Positions 8,896 to 17,554 of a DNA stretch of 64,000 bases are shown here, one piece after another. The DNA is taken from IMG/VR virus record IMGVR_UViG_3300021958_000024. The stretch is one strand, 5' to 3'. The DNA comes from a virus (lineage: Duplodnaviria > Caudoviricetes). Below the pieces are notes generated by a model. It ran no database searches, was not told the DNA's origin, and saw only the letters and a program-made list of their open reading frames with translations. A program made the translations under genes and the position numbers. Positions within the stretch are counted from its first letter, which is position 1. Each line of letters opens with the position of its first letter.

Positions 8896-9154
8896 GTTTG
8901 GTACTCTTGAAGACTACGGCACAGGATACTATATGACTGTGCTCACAACTAAAAGTTATTCCCTACTTCAGGTGGCATTTGACATTGGTGAGTATAGTAG
9001 ATGGATTGAGTGGCCTTATCTCCAAATTACTATGGGATATGGTAAACTATTCTCATTCCTATTCTCCATTGGTAAGTTGGGATTTACTTTTGATATCTGT
9101 GGACGCAACTGGCGTGACACATCGTTCTATGATACTGGGAGTCAAGTAGCATGA
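8882..9154 (+). CDS. Hypothetical protein
   Basis: ATG at 8882, in frame with track ORF 8789..9154. Confidence 0.6.
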   Translation: MKLIKFGTLEDYGTGYYMTVLTTKSYSLLQVAFDIGEYSRWIEWPYLQITMGYGKLFSFLFSIGKLGFTFDICGRNWRDTSFYDTGSQVA

Positions 9155-9273
9155 TTACTACTATTATGGCAGGATTTGCCTTCGGATACTGTGTGATGGA
9201 CATCATCATGAATTATCGTACTCGTCGTGCTGTTGACGAGATGCTCAAATCTACTCTGGAGAATGACAAATGA
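9151..9273 (+). CDS. Small membrane peptide (40 aa), not in ORF track
   Basis: MITTIMAGFAFGYCVMDIIMNYRTRRAVDEMLKSTLENDK; ATGA overlaps at both ends. Confidence 0.55.
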   Translation: MITTIMAGFAFGYCVMDIIMNYRTRRAVDEMLKSTLENDK

Positions 9274-9671
9274 ACAAACAAAACGGATTTATTGAACCTG
9301 CTGCTGTTGTTGTAGGTGCTATTGTAATTATTGGTGTGGTCACTATCATTGTGGGTGGTCCTGTCTATAATGTATGGGCACGAGGACTTGCTGGTAAAGC
9401 ACAACTACAAGAGGCAGAATATACTCGTCAGGTAGCAGTGCTTGAGGCACAAGCAAAGAAAGATTCAGCACAACAACTTGCTGATGCTGAAGTGATTCGT
9501 GCTCAGGGTGTGGCAAAAGCAAACTCTATCATTGGTGAGAGTTTGAAGGATAATCCTGCTTATCTTCAGTATCTCTGGATCACTGAAGGTGAGAAAGATT
9601 CTAACCGCACAGTGTATATGGTCCCCAGCAATGGTGGTGCTCCCGTTCCTACATTTGACATTCAAAAATGA
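9270..9671 (+). CDS. Membrane protein with SPFH/band-7 C-terminal-like helical region
   Basis: TM helix then AEVIRAQGVAKANSIIGESL..NPAYLQYLWI. Confidence 0.65.
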   Translation: MNKQNGFIEPAAVVVGAIVIIGVVTIIVGGPVYNVWARGLAGKAQLQEAEYTRQVAVLEAQAKKDSAQQLADAEVIRAQGVAKANSIIGESLKDNPAYLQYLWITEGEKDSNRTVYMVPSNGGAPVPTFDIQK

Positions 9672-10030
9672 TCTTCAGTAGAGCAGTGCTTGGCACAGGT
9701 AATAAGAAAACTAAGTTAAGTTGGTGGGACTACTGGATTGGTCACTGCTGGATGACTGGTTGGCAGAGCATCAAACATTCATTCCAAAACTGGGCAGATC
9801 TGATGACTGGCAACTGGAAAGATTACGCTCTCATGTTCTATGATGATCCATATGAAGAGTGTCGTGATTGCTTCTGGTCTTATCTGGGAGAAGATGACAC
9901 TCTACCAAAAGAGTTTCTTGAGCATCTACAAGATATGGTAGACCGCATTGATCGTGGTGAAGAGAAACTCATACCAATGGACTTAGACCAACTGAACCGT
10001 ATTTCTGATTTACTTGAGGATGTAGAATGA
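9668..10030 (+). CDS. Hypothetical protein
   Basis: ATGA-coupled ORF. Confidence 0.65.
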   Translation: MIFSRAVLGTGNKKTKLSWWDYWIGHCWMTGWQSIKHSFQNWADLMTGNWKDYALMFYDDPYEECRDCFWSYLGEDDTLPKEFLEHLQDMVDRIDRGEEKLIPMDLDQLNRISDLLEDVE

Positions 10031-10212
10031 CTTACACTATCACCAAAGAAATGAAAATCATCAACGATGAAGATGGTTTCAGTTATCATTTCTCATCGGA
10101 TGAGTATGGAACTGTAAGTATGCAGGATGGTAATGGAGAAGAAGTTGAAACCATTCACATCCCCAAAGATTGTATTCAGTGTGTGATTGATGTATTGGAG
10201 CAATTCAAATGA
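10027..10212 (+). CDS. Hypothetical protein
   Basis: ATGA-coupled ORF. Confidence 0.6.
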   Translation: MTYTITKEMKIINDEDGFSYHFSSDEYGTVSMQDGNGEEVETIHIPKDCIQCVIDVLEQFK

Positions 10213-10409
10213 CTGACAAAACTAAACTACTCAAGATGATTGAGAATGCTCTACAAACAGCACCACCTAATGAGGAGGCAGAAGCACAAGCAGTAATTGA
10301 TGCCACTGCTGATTGGTTTGAAGAAGTTTTGGGTCAAATTGGTATCACACCATCTTGTATTCCCACACTTTTGAGGTGGCAGGCTCATCAACACGAATAT
10401 TATGACTGA
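10209..10409 (+). CDS. Hypothetical protein (ATADW motif)
   Basis: ATGA-coupled ORF. Confidence 0.6.
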   Translation: MTDKTKLLKMIENALQTAPPNEEAEAQAVIDATADWFEEVLGQIGITPSCIPTLLRWQAHQHEYYD

Positions 10410-10584
10410 ACGCAACTTCACTCAAGAACTTCAACACTGGACTTATAATGACCCAGAATATGGAGACGATATTGAGCATCTTGATTATCGTGCTTTGATT
10501 GGTGTTATTACTGAATTGTGTGATAGAATAGAGCAGTTGGAGAAGGACAACGAACTTTTGAAATCTTATGCTTGGGAACAATGA
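10402..10584 (+). CDS. Hypothetical protein
   Basis: Overlapping ORF in operon, short coiled coil. Confidence 0.6.
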   Translation: MTERNFTQELQHWTYNDPEYGDDIEHLDYRALIGVITELCDRIEQLEKDNELLKSYAWEQ

Positions 10585-10814
10585 CTGAACAACATCCACT
10601 GACTGACGAGATCTGCAAAAGTATTGCTGCTTCTTATCCTTACGAAGTAACAGAGGACATGCGTGCCGCTGCTGATTGGCAGTTGGACCAGGTGATTAAA
10701 TGGGCACAAAGAAATTGCTGGTGTTGGTTTGAAAAATCAAGTCAAAAAAAATCTTTTATTGTTGAACTTGAAAAAGCGATGCGCCCACAACAACAGGAGA
10801 ATAACAATGACTGA
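10581..10814 (+). CDS. Hypothetical protein, MTEQHPLT family copy 1
   Basis: Paralog of 11061..11330. Confidence 0.7.
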   Translation: MTEQHPLTDEICKSIAASYPYEVTEDMRAAADWQLDQVIKWAQRNCWCWFEKSSQKKSFIVELEKAMRPQQQENNND

Positions 10815-11064
10815 AACTTGGTATCTTTTGTACGGTGGCGATTCAGTAGACGGCTGCGGGCCGGGCGAATACGAAGGTCGAACCCGTGATGTCTCTGCTG
10901 CGGCCAAGCACCACATAAAAATCAGCAATAACCCTTATTCGACAGGCTATGTCCAGGTGATTACTGACAAAGAAGTCGTTCGGTATTCCAGCATTCTTGG
11001 CTATAGCCCTGCTACCTCAGAACTAAAAGAAGCGATTAAACAACAACAGGAGGACAACTCATGA
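10807..11064 (+). CDS. Hypothetical protein
   Basis: ATG 10807 after AGGAG SD; GC-richer than flanks. Confidence 0.65.
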   Translation: MTETWYLLYGGDSVDGCGPGEYEGRTRDVSAAAKHHIKISNNPYSTGYVQVITDKEVVRYSSILGYSPATSELKEAIKQQQEDNS

Positions 11065-11330
11065 CTGAACAACACCCACTGACCACAGCACAGATCAAGA
11101 AACTCGTCAGGAGATATATGCTCGACATGGAGAGCGGTGAGTATTCGTTTGGGGAGGATGCTGTACGTGCTGTTGCTGATTGGCAGTTGGACCAGGTGTT
11201 GATTTGGCTTAATGACAACCTTGCTTGTGGTAACTATCTACGTCCCAAGGGCTACTCTCACCATAAGATTGACGTTAATGAAGTTCTTTATGACTTAGAG
11301 GAAGCAATGCGCCCACAGGAGGACAACTAA
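11061..11330 (+). CDS. Hypothetical protein, MTEQHPLT family copy 2
   Basis: AGGAGG SD; shares ADWQLDQV and E.AMRPQ with copy 1. Confidence 0.7.
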   Translation: MTEQHPLTTAQIKKLVRRYMLDMESGEYSFGEDAVRAVADWQLDQVLIWLNDNLACGNYLRPKGYSHHKIDVNEVLYDLEEAMRPQEDN

Positions 11331-11587
11331 TGGAAACCTTGGCTGAGAATACAATGCAAGACAAAACCTGGACAGTAATGAATGACCTTGAAGATGCATT
11401 CAGTCAAATTACAACATTTAGTTTTCTTCTTAATCAACTGCAAGAAGCAGTAGACTCTGGTGATCAACAACGAATTGTTGATACTACAGCGGCACTCAAT
11501 GCATTTTATCTTCCCTATTGCACCAACTGGGACATCAAGTTTAATGCTGCATGGAAGCGTGTTGTAAACGACGGAAGCATTTTGTGA
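11330..11587 (+). CDS. Hypothetical protein
   Basis: AGGAGG SD, coupled start. Confidence 0.65.
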   Translation: METLAENTMQDKTWTVMNDLEDAFSQITTFSFLLNQLQEAVDSGDQQRIVDTTAALNAFYLPYCTNWDIKFNAAWKRVVNDGSIL

Positions 11588-11686
11588 AGAGAGAATGGTG
11601 GAAGTCAGGAAGTCAAAACAAGTCCTTGTTACAATCAGATAAAGTTGATAGTAAAAATACTACATACAGTAGTCACATTAAGACTT

Positions 11687-12010
11687 ATGAAGTTTTTCTT
11701 TGCTTTATTTGCCGCACTATTTTTAGCACTCCCTGCTTGGGCTGTTGACGTTCAAATGGGTGCAAACGGTAATCTTGTTTTTGAACCTGCTGAAGTTTCT
11801 ATTGCTGCTGGGGAGTCAGTTCATTTTGTTAATAACATGCTTCCTCCTCATAATGTTATTGTAGAAGATCATCCCGAACTATCGCACGAAGGTCTCTCTA
11901 TGTTACCAGGCGAAGACTTTACTATTGACTTTCCTGAGGCAGGAGATTATACTTACTGGTGTGCTCCACATAAAGGCGCTGGTATGATTGGAACTGTTCA
12001 CGTATCTTAG
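11687..12010 (+). CDS. petE: Plastocyanin
   Basis: Signal peptide (..PAWA), PHNV and YWCAPHKGAGM type-1 copper ligands; ATG at 11687. Confidence 0.95.
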   Translation: MKFFFALFAALFLALPAWAVDVQMGANGNLVFEPAEVSIAAGESVHFVNNMLPPHNVIVEDHPELSHEGLSMLPGEDFTIDFPEAGDYTYWCAPHKGAGMIGTVHVS

Positions 12011-12012
12011 TT

Positions 12013-12243
12013 ATGACAATCCCATATTATATTGATGACCCTATTACATTTAATAGGGTAGAAGTTCCACAAGAAATTGTTTTTTATTGTGACTCTTTTA
12101 CTGTCTATGCTAATCGAAATGACTTACGTTACTATGATTGTATTTCTATGCAGATGGGATATTATGGAAATTCAAAACATCATTTAAAAGAAATGAGAGA
12201 TAAGTTTTTTGATAGTATTCCAGTCCACAGTATTTTTGAATAA
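12013..12243 (+). CDS. Hypothetical protein
   Basis: ORF in operon between petE and talC. Confidence 0.6.
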   Translation: MTIPYYIDDPITFNRVEVPQEIVFYCDSFTVYANRNDLRYYDCISMQMGYYGNSKHHLKEMRDKFFDSIPVHSIFE

Positions 12244-12377
12244 TGAATCACGCTGATCACACTACGTTGGAGCATTTATTCCATATGTTTCTTTGTTGTA
12301 TTGCTGGTTTAGGAATCGGCACCTTAGCCATCTGGGGTTATAATCAAATCAAATCAAATAAAAATCATAATCCATGA
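12243..12377 (+). CDS. Small membrane peptide (44 aa), not in ORF track
   Basis: MNHADHTTLEHLFHMFLCCIAGLGIGTLAIWGYNQIKSNKNHNP; coupled at both ends. Confidence 0.55.
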   Translation: MNHADHTTLEHLFHMFLCCIAGLGIGTLAIWGYNQIKSNKNHNP

Positions 12378-13024
12378 AAATCTTTTTAGATACCGCTGAC
12401 ACTCAACTGATTGAAAAATATTTTGATACTGGATTAGTAGATGGTGTCACTACTAATCCCACACTAATCATGAAGAGTGGTAAAGATCCCAGAGATGTTT
12501 ACCAACATATTAAAGACATTGGTGTTCAAGACATTAGCATGGAAGTTGTTGGTGATTTTGAACAAATGTATTGCGAAGGATACAAACTAGCACAAGAGTT
12601 TGGATCTGTTGCAACTATCAAAGTTCCTTGTACTAGAGAAGGTTTACACATATGTAGAGCACTCTCTAGAGAAGGGATTAAGGTAAACGTTACATTAATC
12701 TTTAACATTGCTCAAGCAGTTCTTTCTGCTAAAGCAGGAGCTCATTATGTATCTCCTTTTGTTGGAAGACTTGATGATCAATCTATTGCTGGACTTGAAG
12801 TTATACGGGGTATTTCTGAAGTCTATCGAGTTCATGGAGTCAAGACACAAGTTCTATCTGCATCAATCCGCAGTGTACATAGAGCAGTACGGTCTTGGTA
12901 TAATGGTGCTCAGGTAGTTACGATGCCACCAAAAGTATTTAATGATATGTATGATCATATTCTTACTGACAAGGGACTTGAGATCTTTAACAAAGATTGG
13001 GAATCCGTAAATGCAAAAGTTTAA
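12374..13024 (+). CDS. talC: Transaldolase (TalC/MipB family)
   Basis: MKIFLDTAD, GVTTNPTL, catalytic IKVP, YVSPFVGRLDD. Confidence 0.97.
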   Translation: MKIFLDTADTQLIEKYFDTGLVDGVTTNPTLIMKSGKDPRDVYQHIKDIGVQDISMEVVGDFEQMYCEGYKLAQEFGSVATIKVPCTREGLHICRALSREGIKVNVTLIFNIAQAVLSAKAGAHYVSPFVGRLDDQSIAGLEVIRGISEVYRVHGVKTQVLSASIRSVHRAVRSWYNGAQVVTMPPKVFNDMYDHILTDKGLEIFNKDWESVNAKV

Positions 13025-13169
13025 CGAAGTAATACTAAACATTACTATCGCAATCATCGACTTCCTCTATAGAGGAAGAAACTATCAACGTTTTTGGGTG
13101 CTTGATGAGATTGCTCGGGCACCCTATTTTGCGTTTCTGAATACGGCAATGGGAGGACTAGAATCATGA
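13011..13169 (+). pseudogene. ptox: Truncated plastoquinol terminal oxidase (PTOX) remnant, 52 aa
   Basis: MQKFNEVILNITIAIIDFLYRGRNYQRFWVLDEIARAPYFAFL is the PTOX N-terminus; it then diverges (NTAMGGLES) and stops overlapping the zwf ATG. Confidence 0.8.
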
Positions 13170-14497
13170 AAGGGTTAGTTATCTTTGGTGCTACTGGAGA
13201 TTTATGTAAACGAAAACTTATTCCTGCACTTTATAATCTTCATAAGAAAAATCTTTTACCAAAGGATCTTGTGATTGTAGGTTCTGCAAGAAGAGATCCA
13301 GGAGTAAAGGCGTGGAAAGAATCTTTAGGTGAATATCCTGAAGATTTTATGTATCATTTAGATTATCAATCATCTGATCTTTCAACAATCAAGTCTTTGA
13401 AAAATCTAGGTGACTATGAAGATACAACTTATTTCCTCTCTGTTCCACCAGAAAGGTATGGCGATGCGGTTACCAATCTAAAAAAAGCAGGTAAGTTAAA
13501 TGACCCAGAAACATCCCGTGTGGTTATCGAAAAACCCTTTGGTTACGATCTTCAATCTGCTAATCGTCTATCATCTGTGGTGGCTGGACATTTACGCGAG
13601 AAACAAGTCTATCGCATTGACCATTATCTTGGTAAAGATACTGTTAATAATATCCTTGCCACCCGTTTTAGCAATATATTATTGGAACCTCTATGGAACA
13701 GGCAGTACATAGAAGAAGTTCAAATCTTTGCTACCGAAACCATTGGTTGTGAAGGTCGTTCACAGTACTATGAGGGTGCTGGAGTTGTCAGAGACATGTT
13801 ACAGAACCATTTGCTACAGGTTCTTGCATTGATTGCTATGGAACCTCCATGCAAAATTGATGCGAGAGAAATTCGCAGGGAAAAAACAAAAGTTCTTGCT
13901 GCAACTAGACTTGGACAAAGACTTGTTTGTGGGCAGTACATTGGATATAAAGATGAAGATGGTGTAGATCAAAGTTCTATCACTCCAACTTTTGTTGCTG
14001 GTGATCTTTATATTGATAACTGGAGATGGGAAGGAGTTCCATTTCATTTTATGACAGGTAAAAAACTGCCTGTTGATTGTGTTGAAGTTATTATTAAATT
14101 TAAATCACCACCACAAACATTATTTGAAGGTCATGATTGTAATGATCGTATTGTTATGAGATTGCAACCAGATCCTCATTTGGATATGCGGATTGATATT
14201 AAAGCTCCTGGTCTAAATGATTATGTTGAACCAGCAATATTACAATATCATTACCCACTTGAAAAATCTGTTGATGGTTATGAAAAACTTCTTTATGATG
14301 CAATTAATAAAGATCAATCTCACTTTGTACATTCTGAGGAAGTGTTGGAATCTTGGAGAATAGTTGATGATCTTTTATGTAAGGGTGATAGATGTCCTAT
14401 AAGAACAGTGCCTTATGTATACCATAGCGGTCTTTGGGGACCAGAATGTAAAACTAATCTCATTACTAAATGGGATTATCCATTAAAACTTAAGTAG
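13166..14497 (+). CDS. zwf: Glucose-6-phosphate 1-dehydrogenase
   Basis: GATGDL, IEKPFG, RIDHYLGK, RDMLQNH. Confidence 0.97.
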   Translation: MKGLVIFGATGDLCKRKLIPALYNLHKKNLLPKDLVIVGSARRDPGVKAWKESLGEYPEDFMYHLDYQSSDLSTIKSLKNLGDYEDTTYFLSVPPERYGDAVTNLKKAGKLNDPETSRVVIEKPFGYDLQSANRLSSVVAGHLREKQVYRIDHYLGKDTVNNILATRFSNILLEPLWNRQYIEEVQIFATETIGCEGRSQYYEGAGVVRDMLQNHLLQVLALIAMEPPCKIDAREIRREKTKVLAATRLGQRLVCGQYIGYKDEDGVDQSSITPTFVAGDLYIDNWRWEGVPFHFMTGKKLPVDCVEVIIKFKSPPQTLFEGHDCNDRIVMRLQPDPHLDMRIDIKAPGLNDYVEPAILQYHYPLEKSVDGYEKLLYDAINKDQSHFVHSEEVLESWRIVDDLLCKGDRCPIRTVPYVYHSGLWGPECKTNLITKWDYPLKLK

Positions 14498-14505
14498 GAG
14501 GATCT

Positions 14506-14544
14506 ATGAAAGTAGGAATGAGGGAATGGAAACCGAATGAGTAA
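14506..14544 (+). pseudogene. gnd: Probable 5' stub of 6-phosphogluconate dehydrogenase
   Basis: AGGAGG SD then MKVGM-REWKPNE-stop directly after zwf; cyanophage Gnd begins MKVG(M/L)IGLG and normally neighbours zwf. Confidence 0.5.
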
Positions 14545-14619
14545 ACGAAAAAGTATTTGATTATGCTCGTATTAGGGCAACGATGTAATAAATATTTTTA
14601 TCGTCCCTTTTTTAAAAAA

Positions 14620-14949
14620 ATGGCAAAACTTTCAGAAAAGATTACTGATGAACAGGTTGAAGAGTTTGATCTTAGAAAATCATTAGAACTTATTGAAAGA
14701 TGTAGGTTTAAACAAGAAGATAAGCCTGGCATTGTTACCTATCATGATATTGAGTTGAATAAAAAGTATAGGATCAATAACCCAGGTCATAAAGGAACTC
14801 ATAATCAAATCGTAGAAGTCACTAGTTTCTTATACAAGTGGAACGTTGATGAAATGGTAGAGCAACCCCTTGGTGTTGGAATAAAGTTCCAAAAAAATAA
14901 TAAGAGTGGAACTTACTACAAGATATCACATTTAAATGCAGTTGATTAA
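14620..14949 (+). CDS. Hypothetical protein
   Basis: ATG 14620 downstream of ATAAATA late-promoter motif (~14588). Confidence 0.6.
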   Translation: MAKLSEKITDEQVEEFDLRKSLELIERCRFKQEDKPGIVTYHDIELNKKYRINNPGHKGTHNQIVEVTSFLYKWNVDEMVEQPLGVGIKFQKNNKSGTYYKISHLNAVD

Positions 14950-14954
14950 CTATT

Positions 14955-15191
14955 ATGGACTTTGTTATTTACACTAAAAATGGATGTTATTATTGTGATC
15001 AGATAAAAAAGGTATTAACGCTTGCAAATATTGAGTATTTGACCTATGATTTAGATAAAGATTTTACTAGAGAGGATTTTTATTCTAAGTTTGGGACTGG
15101 TGCTACTTTCCCTCAAGTACTTCTAAATGGAAATCCACTTGGAGGATGTACGCAAACAATCAAATATATAAAAGAAAACAACCTTTTTTAA
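14955..15191 (+). CDS. nrdC: Glutaredoxin (NrdC-like)
   Basis: CYYC, TFPQV, GG motifs. Confidence 0.9.
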   Translation: MDFVIYTKNGCYYCDQIKKVLTLANIEYLTYDLDKDFTREDFYSKFGTGATFPQVLLNGNPLGGCTQTIKYIKENNLF

Positions 15192-15544
15192 ATGTGGAAC
15201 AGGAAGTGTATTACGACGTAGAAAAATCTATTGATTACGCTTTTGAGGGAAAGTTTGTCATGAAGTTTTATGATTATTTGAAGGTTCGTAAAACTTTAAA
15301 ACGAGAAGTAGAAGAGTTTATTTTAAGTGAAACTGCACAAAGTATTTCTTATATGATTAATGATCTTGAGGAATATATTAAAGGTGGTTCTGACGAACAA
15401 CATAAACAACTTCGTGAGGGATATGGACATATTCCTAAACCTCAGGCAAGAAAAATTAAAAACTATCTTAGTGAAATACTAGAAGATGCGGAGAAGTACA
15501 ACTATGAGAAGAGGAGAGGAAGACGAAAAAAAGCAACTAAATAA
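15146..15544 (+). CDS. Conserved cyanophage hypothetical protein (true start probably ~15194)
   Basis: KQLREGYGHIPKPQARKIK motif; position after glutaredoxin. Confidence 0.65.
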   Translation: MYANNQIYKRKQPFLNVEQEVYYDVEKSIDYAFEGKFVMKFYDYLKVRKTLKREVEEFILSETAQSISYMINDLEEYIKGGSDEQHKQLREGYGHIPKPQARKIKNYLSEILEDAEKYNYEKRRGRRKKATK

Positions 15545-15719
15545 TACAGATGATCCTTTAGAGATTAATAAAGGATTTGAGTTAATGCTAAAACGGAACA
15601 GGAGGGAATCACCTAAGCCTAAAACCTTTCAAGTTAGGTTTGGTAAGATGATATCTCTCTTCGGAAGAGAGATTCATTTTAACTTTAACCTAGAACTTGA
15701 TATTAAAAAATCAAAGTAA
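15486..15719 (+). CDS. Hypothetical protein (start uncertain)
   Basis: Basic small ORF in operon. Confidence 0.5.
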   Translation: MRRSTTMRRGEEDEKKQLNNTDDPLEINKGFELMLKRNRRESPKPKTFQVRFGKMISLFGREIHFNFNLELDIKKSK

Positions 15720-15736
15720 CTCTCGGGAGAAATAAA

Positions 15737-15961
15737 ATGGAACAAGCATTAATACTCACCATGTCTGTAATGATGACCTTGCTATTCTTTTTAGTTGGTG
15801 GTATAGTAGGTTGGATCGCAAATAGAACTTATTTGGAGCACCAACCGATCAACATGCATCCCGAGTTTTTTGATCAGGATGGCAACATTATTCCAGATGA
15901 AATCCTAGCAGTACGTTTTGAGAATGACAATGACACAGAAGACTACGACGACGAAGACTAA
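15737..15961 (+). CDS. Conserved cyanophage membrane protein
   Basis: TM helix then HPEFFDQDGNIIPDEILAVRFEN; GGAG SD. Confidence 0.75.
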   Translation: MEQALILTMSVMMTLLFFLVGGIVGWIANRTYLEHQPINMHPEFFDQDGNIIPDEILAVRFENDNDTEDYDDED

Positions 15962-16523
15962 CCGAAGAAAACCAGCGATACAACCTACCAGTCTAGATTC
16001 AAACTGTTTTCAGCATGAGATTCTAGAACTAGTAAGCAATCAAAGGAGTGCCAGCAAAAAAATCCAATATCTACAAGAGTATCGTAACAATGCTCTTGTA
16101 TCTCTTTTTATTTGGAACTTTGATGATTCTGTAATCAGTCTTCTTCCTCCTGGAGAAGTTCCTTATGCAGATATCAAAGAAATGAGTTCAGTTGGAGGCA
16201 CTCTTTCTGATTCTGTTAATAGACAACTTAGTGGACAAGGAAAAGGTGTTGGATATAATGGAGTTGATGGCGATATTCGTCAAGGAAAAACTTCATTGAG
16301 AAATGAGTACGATAAACTTTATAACTTTGTAAAAAATGGCAACAAAACATTGTCATCTATTCGTAGAGAGACTATGTTTATTAATATGCTTCAAGGATTG
16401 CATCCAAGTGAAGCAGAACTTCTGTGCTTAGTAAAGGATAAGAAGTTGACTGACAAGTATAAAATTACTTGGCAAAATGTAAAAGACGCTTATCCAGATA
16501 TTCGATGGGGAGGTCGTTCTTAA
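15924..16523 (+). CDS. Conserved T4-like hypothetical protein
   Basis: LIWNFD-like, LPPGEVPY, RRETMFINMLQGLHP.EAELL..VKDK motifs. Confidence 0.75.
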   Translation: MTMTQKTTTTKTNRRKPAIQPTSLDSNCFQHEILELVSNQRSASKKIQYLQEYRNNALVSLFIWNFDDSVISLLPPGEVPYADIKEMSSVGGTLSDSVNRQLSGQGKGVGYNGVDGDIRQGKTSLRNEYDKLYNFVKNGNKTLSSIRRETMFINMLQGLHPSEAELLCLVKDKKLTDKYKITWQNVKDAYPDIRWGGRS

Positions 16524-16546
16524 TATAAACCCGATTTATAGTATTC

Positions 16547-16846
16547 ATGGCAAATAAAATTAATCCAAGCGACCCATCATCATATGGGTGCCAGATTCTT
16601 CTCGAAAAAACGACCATTGAACAAGCAAAAGATAAATCTTTTCCAAATGATGCTCGATTGATTTGGTATGTTGTAGATGGAGAACAACATATGGATCTGA
16701 CAAGATGTAAAAAAGTCGCAGATCTTTTTGATCTTTATTATGACAGATATGGGAAAGGTGCTGTTCAAAAAATAGATTTTGGATATGGTACTATAAATCC
16801 TAAACTCTGGGGTAATACAAATAAATCTAAGAAGAGTAAAAAATGA
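16547..16846 (+). CDS. Conserved cyanophage hypothetical protein
   Basis: FDLYYDRYG...IDFGYGTINPKLWG. Confidence 0.7.
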   Translation: MANKINPSDPSSYGCQILLEKTTIEQAKDKSFPNDARLIWYVVDGEQHMDLTRCKKVADLFDLYYDRYGKGAVQKIDFGYGTINPKLWGNTNKSKKSKK

Positions 16847-17037
16847 GTGAAGGATTTAAGGATGAAAAAGTTGAGATTGAAGTTCAACTTAATAAAAATG
16901 AGATCAACAAAATCTTGAAAAAATACAAACAAGCAAAAAAATACATGAAGTCTTCTTTGTATGAAGTTAAAAAGTTGAATGGAACTGAAACATACATAAC
17001 TAATCTTATTAAGGAAGCGGAGGATACTCCTTTGTAA
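16843..17037 (+). CDS. Hypothetical protein
   Basis: ATGA-coupled ORF. Confidence 0.6.
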   Translation: MSEGFKDEKVEIEVQLNKNEINKILKKYKQAKKYMKSSLYEVKKLNGTETYITNLIKEAEDTPL

Positions 17038-17364
17038 ATGGGAAAGCATTATTTGTTGAATCTCTATGGATGCCCTTTTAAACTTTTAGATGACCTTGCT
17101 ATCTTGACAGATCTATTAGAAAATGCTGCTTATGCTAGTGGTGCTCAAGTCATTCAGAGCATCCATAAAAAGTTTAAACCTCAAGGCGTAACAGTATTAA
17201 CATTACTTTCAGAAAGTCATATTAGTATTCATACATGGCCTGAAGATGGAAATGCTGCGGTTGACATCTTTACTTGTGGTGATTGTAATCCAAAGATTGG
17301 ATGTGATATTATTATCCAACAACTATGTGCAACCGATTATACACTAAGTTATATTGAACGCTGA
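17038..17364 (+). CDS. speD: S-adenosylmethionine decarboxylase proenzyme
   Basis: GKH, FKPQGVT, LSESHISIHTWPE self-cleavage motif, DIFTCG. Confidence 0.93.
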   Translation: MGKHYLLNLYGCPFKLLDDLAILTDLLENAAYASGAQVIQSIHKKFKPQGVTVLTLLSESHISIHTWPEDGNAAVDIFTCGDCNPKIGCDIIIQQLCATDYTLSYIER

Positions 17365-17454
17365 CTAAAATCAACTTTTAAATCCAAAAAAGTCGGAAAA
17401 AAAATCCCAGCAAATTTTTGGTCTGTAGGGTCGAAGCAAAACTTTACCCTCCAC

Positions 17455-17483
17455 TTGACTAAATAAAATATGAGATCTATTAT
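17455..17483 (+). promoter_or_regulatory. Overlapping sigma70-type and late-type promoters upstream of riboswitch
   Basis: TTGACT 17455-17460, 17 nt, TATTAT 17478-17483; TAAATA 17460-17465. Confidence 0.55.
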
Positions 17484-17549
17484 GACTCATACGTTCATCC
17501 GATTCGCTGTTTGCGAATAGCGAATCGGACGCAAGTAAGTCGCGGAACG
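17484..17549 (+). ncRNA. Glutamine-II (Downstream-peptide type) riboswitch aptamer 1
   Basis: P1 CGTTC/GAACG, P2 TCCGATTCGCTGTT/AATAGCGAATCGGA, CGCAA junction, pseudoknot-capable GACT/AGTC; upstream of a YRG-motif peptide. Confidence 0.75.
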
Positions 17550-17554
17550 GAGTT

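Noticed and set aside
11628-11645. Possible HLR1 site upstream of petE (GTTACAAT)
   Set aside because: Only one good octamer; the partner at 10-bp spacing is too degenerate.
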